Positions 8,613 through 19,083 are shown, counted from the first letter of the stretch. The stretch: DNA of 64,000 bases from an uncultured Bacteroidales bacterium (GCA_947168365.1 CAMVLO010000007.1:8642-72641); one strand, 5' to 3'. Numbers and translations: made by a program. The notes: generated from the sequence alone by a model not told the origin.

Positions 8613-8684
8613 TACCCTCCATTATCATTTTCAACCACATATTTTTTTAATGATTAAAGTTAAAAACATAAAACATTAAAAACG

Positions 8685-9971
8685 ATGTCACATTATTTTA
8701 CATCAGAGTCAGTGTCAGAAGGACATCCTGACAAAGTCGCAGATCAGATTTCAGATGCGTTGCTTGATGAATTTTTGAAACAAGATGCCGAGTCAAAAGT
8801 AGCTTGCGAAACATTTGTTACAACAGGTTTGGCAGTTCTCGGTGGTGAGGTGAAAACTCGTGGCTATGTAGACGTACAGCAAGTAGCTCGCGATGTTATC
8901 AACAAAATTGGTTATACCAAAGGAGAATACATGTTTGACGGCAATTCTTGCGGTGTTATCTCTGCTATTCATGGTCAGAGTCAAGATATCAATCGTGGTG
9001 TGGAGCGTGCTGAAGAAGAAAATCAAGGCGCCGGCGACCAAGGTATGATGTTCGGTTATGCTGTAAAAGAAACCCAAAATCTTATGCCTTTCTCAGTGGA
9101 ACTTTCTCACAAGCTTCTTATCGAACTTGCTAAAATCCGTCGTGAAGGCAAAGTAATGACTTATCTTCGTCCTGATTCCAAATCTCAAGTTACAATCGAG
9201 TACGACGATAATAACAAACCTTACAGAATTGATACAATCGTATTGAGTACTCAGCACGATGATTTCATTAAACCGTCAGATTCTTCTGATGAAGCTCAGC
9301 TCCTTGCTGACCAAAAGATGGTTGACAAAATTACTGAGGACGTAAAAAATATCCTTATTCCTCGTTTGATTGATACCCTTACCGACAATGAGAAAAAACT
9401 TTTTGCTACAGAATACAAATTGTTTGTAAATCCAACCGGAAAATTTGTAATCGGAGGTCCTCATGGTGATACCGGTCTTACAGGTCGTAAGATTATCGTT
9501 GATACTTACGGCGGCAAAGGTGCTCACGGCGGTGGAGCTTTCTCTGGTAAGGATGCTTCTAAGGTTGACCGTTCTGCTGCTTACGCTACTCGTCATATTG
9601 CAAAAAATCTTGTAGCAGCAGGTGTTTGCGACGAAGTACTCGTACAAGTAGCATACGCTATTGGTGTTGCTCAGCCTGTAGGTGTTTATGTAAATACTTA
9701 CGGTACAAAGAAAGTACAATTCTCTGACGGTGAGATTGCTAAGAAGATTCAGAAATTATTTGATTTGAGACCTTCTGCAATTATCAAACGTTTGAAACTC
9801 AAAAATCCGATTTTCCTTCCGACAGCTGCTTACGGTCATTTCGGTCGTCAACCTTATACTCAAACAGTTGTTGTTAACGAAAACGGTAAACATGTCAGCA
9901 AAGAAGTTGAGTTTTTCACATGGGAAAAACTTGATTATGTTGATCAAATTAAAAAAGAATTCGGTTTATAA
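8685..9971 (+). CDS. metK: S-adenosylmethionine synthetase
   Basis: [28 protein letters not shown]. Confidence 0.98.
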   Translation: MSHYFTSESVSEGHPDKVADQISDALLDEFLKQDAESKVACETFVTTGLAVLGGEVKTRGYVDVQQVARDVINKIGYTKGEYMFDGNSCGVISAIHGQSQDINRGVERAEEENQGAGDQGMMFGYAVKETQNLMPFSVELSHKLLIELAKIRREGKVMTYLRPDSKSQVTIEYDDNNKPYRIDTIVLSTQHDDFIKPSDSSDEAQLLADQKMVDKITEDVKNILIPRLIDTLTDNEKKLFATEYKLFVNPTGKFVIGGPHGDTGLTGRKIIVDTYGGKGAHGGGAFSGKDASKVDRSAAYATRHIAKNLVAAGVCDEVLVQVAYAIGVAQPVGVYVNTYGTKKVQFSDGEIAKKIQKLFDLRPSAIIKRLKLKNPIFLPTAAYGHFGRQPYTQTVVVNENGKHVSKEVEFFTWEKLDYVDQIKKEFGL

Positions 9972-9996
9972 TTTTATAAATTGTTTAAATGAATTT

Positions 9997-10027
9997 TGGG
10001 GCGGGCATCTTGTTCGCCCTTTTTTTT
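9997..10027 (+). terminator. Terminator (REP-like hairpin) after metK
   Basis: GGGCGGGCA-TCT-TGTTCGCCC followed by a T run. Confidence 0.65.
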
Positions 10028-10136
10028 ACTATTAATTGAATTTAGCTTTTCTTTAATGTTGATATAACCAAACATACAGCCTCTTGGAATATTTTTTGTT
10101 GATTAATGATTGGGAATAGTAAAAAAAAATAACATC

Positions 10137-10862
10137 ATGATTGAAAAGAACTTTTGCATATATGACTCAAAAATTGACGATTACCTTCAGAAGTCAAACG
10201 ATATTGTGCGTCGTATCGCATTGTTGCGATTGACTTTTATCTTTGCGGAATTGTTGTTGCTGACCGCTATGGTATTTTCATATTTTTATTTCAACAGATG
10301 GTACGGAATATGTCTTACTGTACTTGTTGTTATACAAATAGGATTATTACTTTTCTTGGTTTTCAACAATCGTTACAAGAAAAATGTCATGAAAAAGATT
10401 CAAGAGTTTTTTCCGCAAATCACTTACGAGCAAAACGGCGGTCCTATCAACGATTTGGAAGTTTTTGACTTTTTTGGAGGTGCGCAGTTTGAATCTCAGG
10501 ATTGTTTTGTAGTAAAAACCGATGACAAAGAAATTCTTTACCGCGAAATTGGCGCAATTCGCGGCTGTGGTGAAGGTCGGAGACTCAATTTTTCCGGTAT
10601 TTGTTACACCGTGGACGCCGGATTGTCGGAAAATGAATTGAAATCCAAACTCAATCCCCTTTGGAATACCAACCGTTACAATCGTGACGAAATACGTTAT
10701 GCTGTTCGTGATTCTCTTTGTTACGTTTTTATACCTTTCAAAGAACGACATTTTGAAATGCCGCTTATTGGCGGATTTACAGAAGATTACATCGCGAAAG
10801 ACCTTCAGCGTGCCGAAGATATTACTATCGATTGTAAAAAAATTGCAAAAGCAATTGCATAA
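10137..10862 (+). CDS. Hypothetical membrane protein (DUF3137-like)
   Basis: Two N-terminal TM helices, YKKNVM..I..FFP..TY, ED.F, F.G. ATG at 10137 preferred. Confidence 0.6.
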   Translation: MIEKNFCIYDSKIDDYLQKSNDIVRRIALLRLTFIFAELLLLTAMVFSYFYFNRWYGICLTVLVVIQIGLLLFLVFNNRYKKNVMKKIQEFFPQITYEQNGGPINDLEVFDFFGGAQFESQDCFVVKTDDKEILYREIGAIRGCGEGRRLNFSGICYTVDAGLSENELKSKLNPLWNTNRYNRDEIRYAVRDSLCYVFIPFKERHFEMPLIGGFTEDYIAKDLQRAEDITIDCKKIAKAIA

Positions 10863-10883
10863 TTCAGTTTTATAAAAGAAGTT

Positions 10884-11390
10884 ATGAACAAGAACAAAGT
10901 TTACTTGTTGTTGGGTAGCAATCTCGGCAATCGTATTTTTTTTCTCAACCGTGCAATTGAGAGATTAACCGAATCTGCCGGCGATTTAATTACAAAATCT
11001 TCGGTTTATGAAACTCAATCATGGGGATATGATGATCAACCGTATTACAATCAAGTAGTTGAGATCGCTACAGAACTTCAGCCGTTAACACTTTTGAATC
11101 TGATTCATATAATAGAAACAGATTTGGGGCGGAAACGGACTTCAAATTCTTATCAGGCGCGAACTATTGATATCGACATCCTTTTTTATGATGTTGAAGT
11201 AATCAATACAACGGATTTGATAGTGCCGCACAGATTTTTGCATTTACGTAAATTCGTATTGATTCCGCTGTCGGAAATAGCCGGCAATTTGGTACATCCG
11301 ATATTCAACAAAACGATAAATCAGCTTTTAGAAGACTGTGAGGATAATCTTGAGGTTACGAAAATCGGTTTTTCAGCCTCAGAAAACTAA
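10884..11390 (+). CDS. folK: 2-amino-4-hydroxy-6-hydroxymethyldihydropteridine diphosphokinase
   Basis: LLLGSNLG, SSVYET, RTIDIDIL, LIVPH..LHLRKFVL.P. Confidence 0.96.
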   Translation: MNKNKVYLLLGSNLGNRIFFLNRAIERLTESAGDLITKSSVYETQSWGYDDQPYYNQVVEIATELQPLTLLNLIHIIETDLGRKRTSNSYQARTIDIDILFYDVEVINTTDLIVPHRFLHLRKFVLIPLSEIAGNLVHPIFNKTINQLLEDCEDNLEVTKIGFSASEN

Positions 11391-11450
11391 AAAATGTTGC
11401 ATATTCCATTCGCAATGCTTAACTTTGCGAAAATTTTTTGCAGAATTATA

Positions 11451-13433
11451 ATGATTTCGATTAACAACGTAACTGTAACATTTTCAGGTAACGATTTATT
11501 TCAGGATATAAGTTTTGTAATCAATCCCAAAGACAGGATTGGTCTTACCGGAAAAAATGGAGCCGGCAAGTCAACACTTTTGAAAACTATCGTTGGACTT
11601 CAGCCCATCGAGAGCGGTAGTGTTACAATTCCCGGCGATGTAACTGTCGGCTATTTGCCTCAGCAGATGGATCTTCCGGGCGGTAGAACCGTTATGGAAG
11701 AAGCTCTTACTTGTTTTGAAGATGCTGAAAACTTGGAATCCGAAATCAAAAAACTTACCGACGAAATCTCTGAGCGTACTGATTACGAATCGGAATCTTA
11801 TATGAATCTTATTCACAAGCTTACGGATGCTACCGACAAACTCAATATGATTGGTAATTCCAATCAGCGTGAGGCAGAAACCGAAGTAGTTTTGAAAGGT
11901 TTGGGATTCAAACAATCTGATTTTAAACGTCAAACTTCAGAATTTTCAGGCGGTTGGAAAATGCGTATCATCTTGGCAAAGGTAATTTTGCAAAAGCCGG
12001 GCGTTTTCTTGCTCGACGAACCTACCAACCATTTGGATATCGAATCTATTCAGTGGCTCGAAGACTTCTTGAAAGATTATCCGGGAGCTGTTGTATTGAT
12101 TTCTCACGACAGAAGTTTCTTGGACAATGTTACAAAACGTACAATAGAAATTTCTCTCGGTAAAATTTACGATTACAATGCTCCGTATACAAAATATCTT
12201 GAATTGAGAAAAGAACGCCGTCAGCAACAAATATCTGCTTACGAAAATCAGCAAAAAATCATTCAAGATACCGAAGAATTTATCGAACGTTTCCGTTACA
12301 AACCTACAAAATCAAATCAAGTACAATCGCGAATGAAAATGCTCGCCAAGATGGAACGTCTTGAAGTAGATTTGGAAGACAACAGTTCGATACATTTTAA
12401 ATTTCCGCCGGCTCCGCGTTCGGGACAAATCGTTGTAAAAGCATCCAACTTTACAAAAGCATTCGGCGAGAAAGTAATATTAAAAGATATTGATTTTCAG
12501 CTCGAAAGAGGGGAGAAGGTAGCATTTGTAGGTCGCAACGGTGAAGGTAAAACCACATTTTCTCGTTGTATCATCGGACAATTGCCTTACGATGGAGAGT
12601 TAAAACTTGGTTACAATGTTTCTATCGGATACTATGCCCAAAATCAAGACGAACTTTTGGATTTGGAAAAAACTGTATTTCAAACACTTGACGATATTGC
12701 TACAGGAGATATGCGTACAAAAGTACGTGATATACTTGGAGCATTTCTCTTTGGCGGCGAAGATATCGACAAGAAAGTAAAAGTACTTTCCGGAGGTGAA
12801 CGTGCGCGTCTTGAGATGGCAAAACTATTGTTTCAACCATATTCTTTACTCGTACTCGACGAACCTACCAACCATTTGGATATCAGAAGCAAAGAAATAT
12901 TAAAACAAGCTTTGCTCGCTTACGACGGTACTTTGATACTTGTATCTCACGACCGTGATTTCTTGCATGGCTTGGCAGAAACAATTTACGAGTTCAAAGA
13001 TCAGAAAGTAAAACAATACAAAGGAGACATCACATATTTCCTCGAAAAACTCAAACTGGAAAACATGCGTCAGTTCGAAATGCAGAAATCCAAAAACAAT
13101 CAAACTGCAAAAACAGAACCGACAAACGATTCCAAAAACGTATCAGCAGAAAATACATCAGCACCTCAAGCCGGTAGCAAAGAAGATTATCTTATGCGCA
13201 AAGAAAAAGAAAAAGCATTGCGCAAATTGAAATCTCAAGTTGACAAATCAGAACAGCGTGTTGCCGAACTTGAATCCAAACTCGATGAAATTCAGAAAAA
13301 ACTTGAACTTCCGGAGAATCAAACCGATATGGAATTGTTCAAACAATACGATAACATAAAAGCCGAACTCGAAAACGAAATGAACTTTTGGGAAGAAGCA
13401 ACAATGAAGTACGAAGAAGCTTCCGGCAATTAA
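11451..13433 (+). CDS. ABC-F family ATPase
   Basis: Two ABC domains (GKNGAGKST, SGGW, DEPTNHLD; GRNGEGKT, SGGE), no TM segments, C-terminal coiled coil. Confidence 0.95.
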   Translation: MISINNVTVTFSGNDLFQDISFVINPKDRIGLTGKNGAGKSTLLKTIVGLQPIESGSVTIPGDVTVGYLPQQMDLPGGRTVMEEALTCFEDAENLESEIKKLTDEISERTDYESESYMNLIHKLTDATDKLNMIGNSNQREAETEVVLKGLGFKQSDFKRQTSEFSGGWKMRIILAKVILQKPGVFLLDEPTNHLDIESIQWLEDFLKDYPGAVVLISHDRSFLDNVTKRTIEISLGKIYDYNAPYTKYLELRKERRQQQISAYENQQKIIQDTEEFIERFRYKPTKSNQVQSRMKMLAKMERLEVDLEDNSSIHFKFPPAPRSGQIVVKASNFTKAFGEKVILKDIDFQLERGEKVAFVGRNGEGKTTFSRCIIGQLPYDGELKLGYNVSIGYYAQNQDELLDLEKTVFQTLDDIATGDMRTKVRDILGAFLFGGEDIDKKVKVLSGGERARLEMAKLLFQPYSLLVLDEPTNHLDIRSKEILKQALLAYDGTLILVSHDRDFLHGLAETIYEFKDQKVKQYKGDITYFLEKLKLENMRQFEMQKSKNNQTAKTEPTNDSKNVSAENTSAPQAGSKEDYLMRKEKEKALRKLKSQVDKSEQRVAELESKLDEIQKKLELPENQTDMELFKQYDNIKAELENEMNFWEEATMKYEEASGN

Positions 13434-13573
13434 AACTGTTTGAAAAAAAGAGGATTATCCTTGTTTTTGATAAACTTATCATTTTTTTTACCGAAATAAT
13501 TTTGTGACAAGCAAAAAAAAAACGAAATTTGCGCTCACACAACTATATTTATTATTCAAAACATATTAATAAG

Positions 13574-13819
13574 ATGGAAAAAAACGAACTCATAGCTAAA
13601 ATGAATTCCGTTCTTGCTAACGAATTTGAAGTTGAAGAATCATCAATCACTCCTGAGGCTAATATCAAAGAAACCCTTCAGTTGGATAGCCTTAGCCTTG
13701 TAGATATGATTGCACTCGTAGAAGAAGAATTTGGTGTAGAAATCAAAGGTCAGAGTGTTGCTCAAGTAAAAACATTCCAGAACCTTTATGATTTTGTTTT
13801 TGATAAACTCAACTCTTAA
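13574..13819 (+). CDS. Acyl carrier protein (accessory cluster)
   Basis: LQLDSLSLVDM phosphopantetheine motif. Acidic protein of about 81 aa. Confidence 0.9.
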   Translation: MEKNELIAKMNSVLANEFEVEESSITPEANIKETLQLDSLSLVDMIALVEEEFGVEIKGQSVAQVKTFQNLYDFVFDKLNS

Positions 13820-13828
13820 TTATTAGAG

Positions 13829-14263
13829 ATGTCTACACCTGCGATGTATTCAGGTCAAGAGATCAAAACTTTTATACCTCAGCGCGAACCGATGATGATG
13901 GTAGACAAATTGTATTCTGCCAATGAGACTTCCGTTGAGACAGGACTTACAATTGCCGCCAATAATATATTTGTTGACGGCAAGTTGTTTTCTGAGTCCG
14001 GTATGATAGAGCATATAGCACAGTCGGCTGCTTGTTTTGCCGGTTACAACGATTGGATTAATAAACGTCCTATCGTGTTGGGCTATATTGCAGAAATCAA
14101 AAAGTTTGCTCTCGAAAAGCCTGCCCATGTGGGAGATGAACTCAAATCTTCTCTTACTGTAGTGTCTAATGCTATGAATATCACCCTCATGAATGCAGAG
14201 ACTACTATCAATGGTCAACTTGCTGCTTCCTGCAAGATCAAAATTTTTATGGACAAAAGGTAG
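13829..14263 (+). CDS. Hot-dog fold FabA/FabZ-like dehydratase
   Basis: IPQREPMMMVD, ESGMIEHIAQSAA. Confidence 0.8.
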   Translation: MSTPAMYSGQEIKTFIPQREPMMMVDKLYSANETSVETGLTIAANNIFVDGKLFSESGMIEHIAQSAACFAGYNDWINKRPIVLGYIAEIKKFALEKPAHVGDELKSSLTVVSNAMNITLMNAETTINGQLAASCKIKIFMDKR

Positions 14264-14265
14264 AG

Positions 14266-14721
14266 ATGAGCCAAGATTCACAATCAGCACAAGAACTATC
14301 GCTTAGTTACGAATTTCAAGTCCCTTTTTACGACTTGGACGGCATTCAGATGGTTTGGCATGGTAATTATGTCAAATACATGGAAGATGCCAGAGAAAAA
14401 TTCGGTGCTAAATTCGGTTTTGAATACCTGCATATCTTCAATAGCGGTTATGTAGCTCCCGTTGTGGATATGCATTTGAAATACAGAGCTTCTGCAAGAA
14501 TCAGCGATGTACTTCAGATGACTATTAAATATATTCCGACTCGCGCTGCTAAAATGGTTTTTCAATATACCATTACACGTCCGAAAGACAATGCGTTGAT
14601 TATAGAAGCCGAAACAACACAATTGTTCGTTTCGCGTTCCGGCGTTTTTGAAACTAGCAATCCCGATTTTTATGTTGATTGGAAAAAACGTTGGAATATC
14701 GTGCCAAACAAAAAACATTAA
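14266..14721 (+). CDS. Acyl-CoA/ACP thioesterase (4HBT family)
   Basis: FYDLDGIQMVWHGNYVKYMEDARE. Confidence 0.88.
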   Translation: MSQDSQSAQELSLSYEFQVPFYDLDGIQMVWHGNYVKYMEDAREKFGAKFGFEYLHIFNSGYVAPVVDMHLKYRASARISDVLQMTIKYIPTRAAKMVFQYTITRPKDNALIIEAETTQLFVSRSGVFETSNPDFYVDWKKRWNIVPNKKH

Positions 14722-14730
14722 TACAAGATT

Positions 14731-15102
14731 ATGTTAGTAAAAGATTTTTATGCCATTGATAACAAGCAAGTTCAGGAGGATGGTTCTGTAATATATTCTG
14801 TATCGCTAAATCCCGGTCACGATGTTTACAAAGGACATTTTCCCGAAAAACCTATTACTCCGGGCGTTTGCAATATTCAGATGATTAAAGAACTTGCTGA
14901 AGATGCTCAAGGCAAACAATTTACTTTGAAAAATATCGACCGTTGCAGACTTACTTCTATGGTAACTCCCGACGGTTCGCCAAAATTGGACGTAAAAATC
15001 CAATTTGATGCCGCTGATGCTTATAAACTCTCGGCAACAATATTTTACGGTGAAACTACTTTTATGACACTCACCGGTACTTTGGTGGACAAATTACAGT
15101 AG
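14731..15102 (+). CDS. FabZ/ApeI-like 3-hydroxyacyl-ACP dehydratase
   Basis: HDVYKGHFPEKPITPGVC. Confidence 0.85.
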   Translation: MLVKDFYAIDNKQVQEDGSVIYSVSLNPGHDVYKGHFPEKPITPGVCNIQMIKELAEDAQGKQFTLKNIDRCRLTSMVTPDGSPKLDVKIQFDAADAYKLSATIFYGETTFMTLTGTLVDKLQ

Positions 15103-15173
15103 TTTTTTATTTTATTTTTTGTACCGTAATTTTTTTTCATAATTCTAATAAAATCAATATCAAAAAAAACACC

Positions 15174-16610
15174 ATGTACGACGTAGCAGTAATAGGAGCA
15201 GGGCTCGGAGGATTGCAATGTGCTTATATCCTTGCTAAGCGGGGAATGAAAGTAGTTGTATTGGAAAAAAATCCATATCTCGGAGGATGTCTTCAGACTT
15301 TCAAACGTCGTGGTGTTACTTTTGATACAGGTTTTCATTATGTAGGAGGTCTGGACGAAGGACAACCGCTAAACAGAATATTCAAATACTTCGATCTTAT
15401 GCAATTACCTTGGCATAAGATGGATACCGACGGTTTCGACCAAGTAATATACAAAGGAAATTCCTACATGATAAAAAACGGTTTTGAAAATTTCAGAACC
15501 GAATTGTTAGAAAAATTTCCTTCACAACAACAAAGCATCAATACAGTTACCGAACTGTTTAAAAACATCGGAGAAAACATCTTTGATGCATTTACGCGCG
15601 ATCAAGAGAGCATGTTGAGCGAAAATTCACCTTTTCAAATCAATGCTTTGGATTATTTGAATCAGAATGTAGCCAATCAGGATTTGAAAAACGTGTTGTC
15701 GGGTACTTCTCCCAAAATGCCTCTTACTTCCAAACTGCCGCTTTATCATTTTGCACAAATCAACGCTTCGTTTATCCTGAGTGCTTACCGTATAAAAGGC
15801 GGAGGAATGCAAATCGCCGAACATCTCGCCGAGTCTGTAAAAAAAATGGGCGGAGAGGTTTATACAAATTGTTTAGTTACAAAATTTATCGAAAAAGATT
15901 CCAACGTTTCGATGTTGGAAATCCAAGGCAAAGATTCAATAGAAGTAAAAAACGTAATCTCAAACGTACATCCGCGCGAGACAATGAAACTCGCCGAAGA
16001 TATTACATTTGTTCGCAAAGCTCAGAAACGCAGATATTCCGAACTCGAAAACAGTTACGGCATGTTTACAGCAAATATCGCTCTCAAACCCGGAAAACTC
16101 AAATATCTGAATCGTAATATCTATATCCACGAGTCAGACGTTTGGAGCGAGGGTACACAAAAAGCCTCAGAAAAGCCGAGATGCGCATTAGTAAACTTTG
16201 CAGTTCCGTCTGACGGCGAATTTGCAGAAAATGTTGACATCCTTACACCAATGCTTTGGGAAGACGTAGCAAAATTCGACGGAACAAAACCGATGCACCG
16301 GCCTCAAGAATACGAGGACATCAAAGCCGAAAAAGCTCAACAACTTATAGAATTAGCAAATCAATATGTTCCCGGATTGAAAGATGCTGTAGATCATATC
16401 TATACATCAACACCGCTTACATGGAAAGATTACACCGGCACGGCAGACGGTGCGGCTTACGGTATTACCAAAAAAATGCCGTTCCAACGACTTGCCAACA
16501 ATATATATTGGACAGGACAAAATATCGGACTTCACGGAATACTCGGAGTATCAATGACTTCATTGCTTACTGCAAGAACAATTACCGGAGAATTCCCTGT
16601 TAATTTTTAA
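15174..16610 (+). CDS. Phytoene desaturase-family FAD-dependent oxidoreductase
   Basis: GAGLGG dinucleotide motif, FDTGFHYVGG, STPLT...G.AYG, GQNIGLHGILGV. Confidence 0.88.
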   Translation: MYDVAVIGAGLGGLQCAYILAKRGMKVVVLEKNPYLGGCLQTFKRRGVTFDTGFHYVGGLDEGQPLNRIFKYFDLMQLPWHKMDTDGFDQVIYKGNSYMIKNGFENFRTELLEKFPSQQQSINTVTELFKNIGENIFDAFTRDQESMLSENSPFQINALDYLNQNVANQDLKNVLSGTSPKMPLTSKLPLYHFAQINASFILSAYRIKGGGMQIAEHLAESVKKMGGEVYTNCLVTKFIEKDSNVSMLEIQGKDSIEVKNVISNVHPRETMKLAEDITFVRKAQKRRYSELENSYGMFTANIALKPGKLKYLNRNIYIHESDVWSEGTQKASEKPRCALVNFAVPSDGEFAENVDILTPMLWEDVAKFDGTKPMHRPQEYEDIKAEKAQQLIELANQYVPGLKDAVDHIYTSTPLTWKDYTGTADGAAYGITKKMPFQRLANNIYWTGQNIGLHGILGVSMTSLLTARTITGEFPVNF

Positions 16611-16620
16611 TACTAATACC

Positions 16621-16899
16621 ATGCAATTCAATAGCAACAGCAACAACAACGGTCAAAAATTCGGTTTGGCCCTTGGAAAAGAAAATTACAAACTCATGCT
16701 TATCGGCATGGGAATCATATTATTAGGTTTCATTCTTATGGCAGGAGGCGGTAGCGACGATCCTAACGTTTTCGACGAATCTGTCTTCAGTTTTACACGT
16801 ATAACACTTGCTCCGATTGTAGTTCTTTTCGGATTCGGATTCGAGATTTATGCTATCATGAAGAAACCTAAAGACAGCGAAACCGATAATAACAAATAA
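16621..16899 (+). CDS. DUF3098 family membrane protein
   Basis: NYKLMLIG..GFILMAGGGS..FSF.RITLAP..GF.FEIYAI. Confidence 0.9.
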   Translation: MQFNSNSNNNGQKFGLALGKENYKLMLIGMGIILLGFILMAGGGSDDPNVFDESVFSFTRITLAPIVVLFGFGFEIYAIMKKPKDSETDNNK

Positions 16900-16919
16900 T
16901 TTATTTGATTATTTCTATT

Positions 16920-16991
16920 ATCAACGAATTAAACAAACAAAACAGATTAACAGAATCGTTATTTGTTGCCTGAATTGTTTAATTCGTTGAT
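16920..16991. repeat. Short AACGAATT-family palindromic element
   Basis: ATCAACGAATTAAACA / TGTTTAATTCGTTGAT inverted repeat. Confidence 0.7.
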
Positions 16992-17080
16992 TTTTTTTTA
17001 TCAACTAATCAAAAGAATATAAATTAACACACAAATAAACATCCTTTCTACACAAATTCACTACAAAACAGATTTTTTTT

Positions 17081-17380
17081 CGGGCATCGAAAGTCAAAAT
17101 GCAAATGCAAACACAAAATTTCCGGGTATCGAAAGTCAAAATGCAAATGCAAACACAAAATTTCCGGGCATCGAAAGTCAAAATGCAAATGCAAACACAA
17201 AATTTCCGGGTATCAAAAGTCAAAATTCAAATGCAAACACAAAATTTCCGGGCATCAAAAGTCAAAATGCAAATGCAAACACAAAATTTCCGGGTATCAA
17301 AAGTCAAAATGCAAATGCAAATACAAAATTTCCGGGCATCGAAAGTCAAAATGCAAATGCAAACACAAAATTTCCGGGCG
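17081..17380. repeat. Tandem array 2: 7 full 42-bp units plus a partial unit (CGGGYATCRAAAGTCAAAATGCAAATGCAAACACAAAATTTC)
   Basis: Units start at 17081, 17123, 17165, 17207, 17249, 17291, 17333 and partially at 17375. Confidence 0.97.
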
Positions 17381-17760
17381 TATATACAATAAAAAAATAT
17401 TATATTTTCCTTCCTTTTAGCGTTGAAAATCTGTAATTTTTTGTAACTACTTGATATATAGTTGAAAACTTTAATATTTTTTAACATCCCCCCCAATACA
17501 AGACGTGTAGACGGTATTTTTGCGTTTTTTTTAGCCTTTTTAAGCTGATTTTTAGGGCGTTTTGTAGACTGATTTTGGATATATATTTGCATATTTAAAA
17601 AAATATTTGTATATTTGTATTGTTATAATTGATTATTCGATTGTTTATTGATACTTCTATCAATATAATATTATATAGATTGGATGTTACAATATACTCC
17701 GACTAATCTTATGATATTTAATTAACGAAATATATTAACATTTAAAAAATAAAATTAATT
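17381..17760 (+). promoter_or_regulatory. Cassette leader 2 (IHF-like site 17444, palindrome 17496, promoter 17586-17617)
   Basis: Alignable by eye with 1358-1737. Contains TAACTACTTGATA, TACA-AGACG-TGTA and TTTG-N20-TATATTTG. Confidence 0.75.
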
Positions 17761-18468
17761 ATGATTACATTATCTAAAAAAAGTCTCGTTAAGTTATCTA
17801 ACTTAGAAGCGTTGTATTTCACGGAGCGAGCACTTGTAGCTGTGGAACAGTTGCCTGAAGAAATACGTAATGGTAAATTAGTAAAAGAATTGTCAAGATG
17901 TTACGAAACATTGTGTGTTAACATCGAGACGATGCGAACCAATCCTCAAACAATTGAGCTTGTTGGATTTAGAGAACAAGTGGATTTGCTTTTCAAAGCT
18001 CTTACAAGTATTGTGTTCGCACAGATGTATCACCCTGATGAATCTGTAGTACAGAAGGCGGGTGCTGCTAAAGAAATTTTGTGTAAATACAAAATTTTGC
18101 GTGGCAACAATTTGTTTAAACGTTTCAGTAAGTACAGATGTCAGATTGATGAGTTGGAAAAACTCGGAGATGAAGTTTTGAAAACTTTAAACATCGATGC
18201 GTATATCGTGGCAGCCAAAGCTCTGTTGGAAAAGCATAATGCACTTTATGAAGAACGCGGCTCTTATGCTCAGTCTATTAAAGGTATGAAAAAATTGGCT
18301 CGCAATGATTTGAATGTTGCTTGGAGCAAACTTGTAGATTTTATTGAATTTTACAATGTTTATGTTGCTCCTGAATCTTGTGATGAGTTTATGTTGATTG
18401 TCAACGAGTTGTTTTCTAAATGTAAGAAACGTCAGTTTGATAATTCAGCGGTAATTTCAAATTCTTAA
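17761..18468 (+). CDS. DUF6261/HagB-like protein (cassette copy 2)
   Basis: About 74% identical to 1738-2472 over the first 221 aa (hand count). Confidence 0.7.
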   Translation: MITLSKKSLVKLSNLEALYFTERALVAVEQLPEEIRNGKLVKELSRCYETLCVNIETMRTNPQTIELVGFREQVDLLFKALTSIVFAQMYHPDESVVQKAGAAKEILCKYKILRGNNLFKRFSKYRCQIDELEKLGDEVLKTLNIDAYIVAAKALLEKHNALYEERGSYAQSIKGMKKLARNDLNVAWSKLVDFIEFYNVYVAPESCDEFMLIVNELFSKCKKRQFDNSAVISNS

Positions 18469-18518
18469 AATTTAAAGTCATATTTTTTACTAAAAAAACA
18501 GTAAAATTATTGTGTTTT

Positions 18519-18560
18519 CCCCGTATTTCCTGCGAAAAATTAGGAAGTTCGGGGTTTTTT
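18519..18560 (+). terminator. Intrinsic terminator after cassette 2
   Basis: CCCCG.ATTTCCT...AGGAAGTTCGGGG followed by a T run. Confidence 0.7.
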
Positions 18561-18621
18561 ATTATAGTTGTGAGTAATTTTTTAATGTTTATAACATGTT
18601 GTATTATAATGTATTACCAAA

Positions 18622-18680
18622 TCAACTGAAAATTTAATTGAAAAACTTAAAAAATAATTTTGTCAACTGAAAAATTAGTT
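18622..18680. promoter_or_regulatory. Putative BlaI operator pair
   Basis: Two copies of TCAACTGAAAA(A/T)TTA.TT (imperfect AACT-N8-AGTT palindromes) just upstream of the blaI-family gene. Confidence 0.5.
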
Positions 18681-18717
18681 ATATAATTGCATCGTCAATT
18701 AACAAGTAAACGATATT

Positions 18718-19083
18718 ATGGAACAACTTACAAAAGCAGAAGAAAAGGTGATGCAGATGTTATGGAAGCTCAAAAAAGCTTTCGTAAAGGATATCATCGA
18801 AGAGATGCCGGAGCCAAAACCGCCTTACAATACTATTAGTAGTGTGGTAAGAATTCTCAAGGATAAGGGTTTTGTGGGTTTTAAGGCTTATGGTAAAACT
18901 TATCAGTATTACCCTATTGTTTCTAAGTTGCAATATAAGAAATTTACATTTGGTCAGATGCTAAAAAATTATTTTGACGGCAGTTATGAAACTATGGTTT
19001 CTTATATGGTTGACGAGGAAAAGATTTCTGATAACGAGATTTCTGAAATCAAGAAGATTATTGATAACAAAGCTTCTGAATAA
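18718..19083 (+). CDS. BlaI/MecI/CopY family transcriptional regulator
   Basis: LTKAEEKVMQMLW, YNTISSVVRILKDKGFV, YFDGS. Confidence 0.93.
   Translation: MEQLTKAEEKVMQMLWKLKKAFVKDIIEEMPEPKPPYNTISSVVRILKDKGFVGFKAYGKTYQYYPIVSKLQYKKFTFGQMLKNYFDGSYETMVSYMVDEEKISDNEISEIKKIIDNKASE

Noticed and set aside
17005-17592. ORFs 17099-17392 (+), 17005-17223 (-) and 17227-17592 (-) over array 2
   Set aside because: Repeat-derived open frames on both strands, not conserved between cassette copies.
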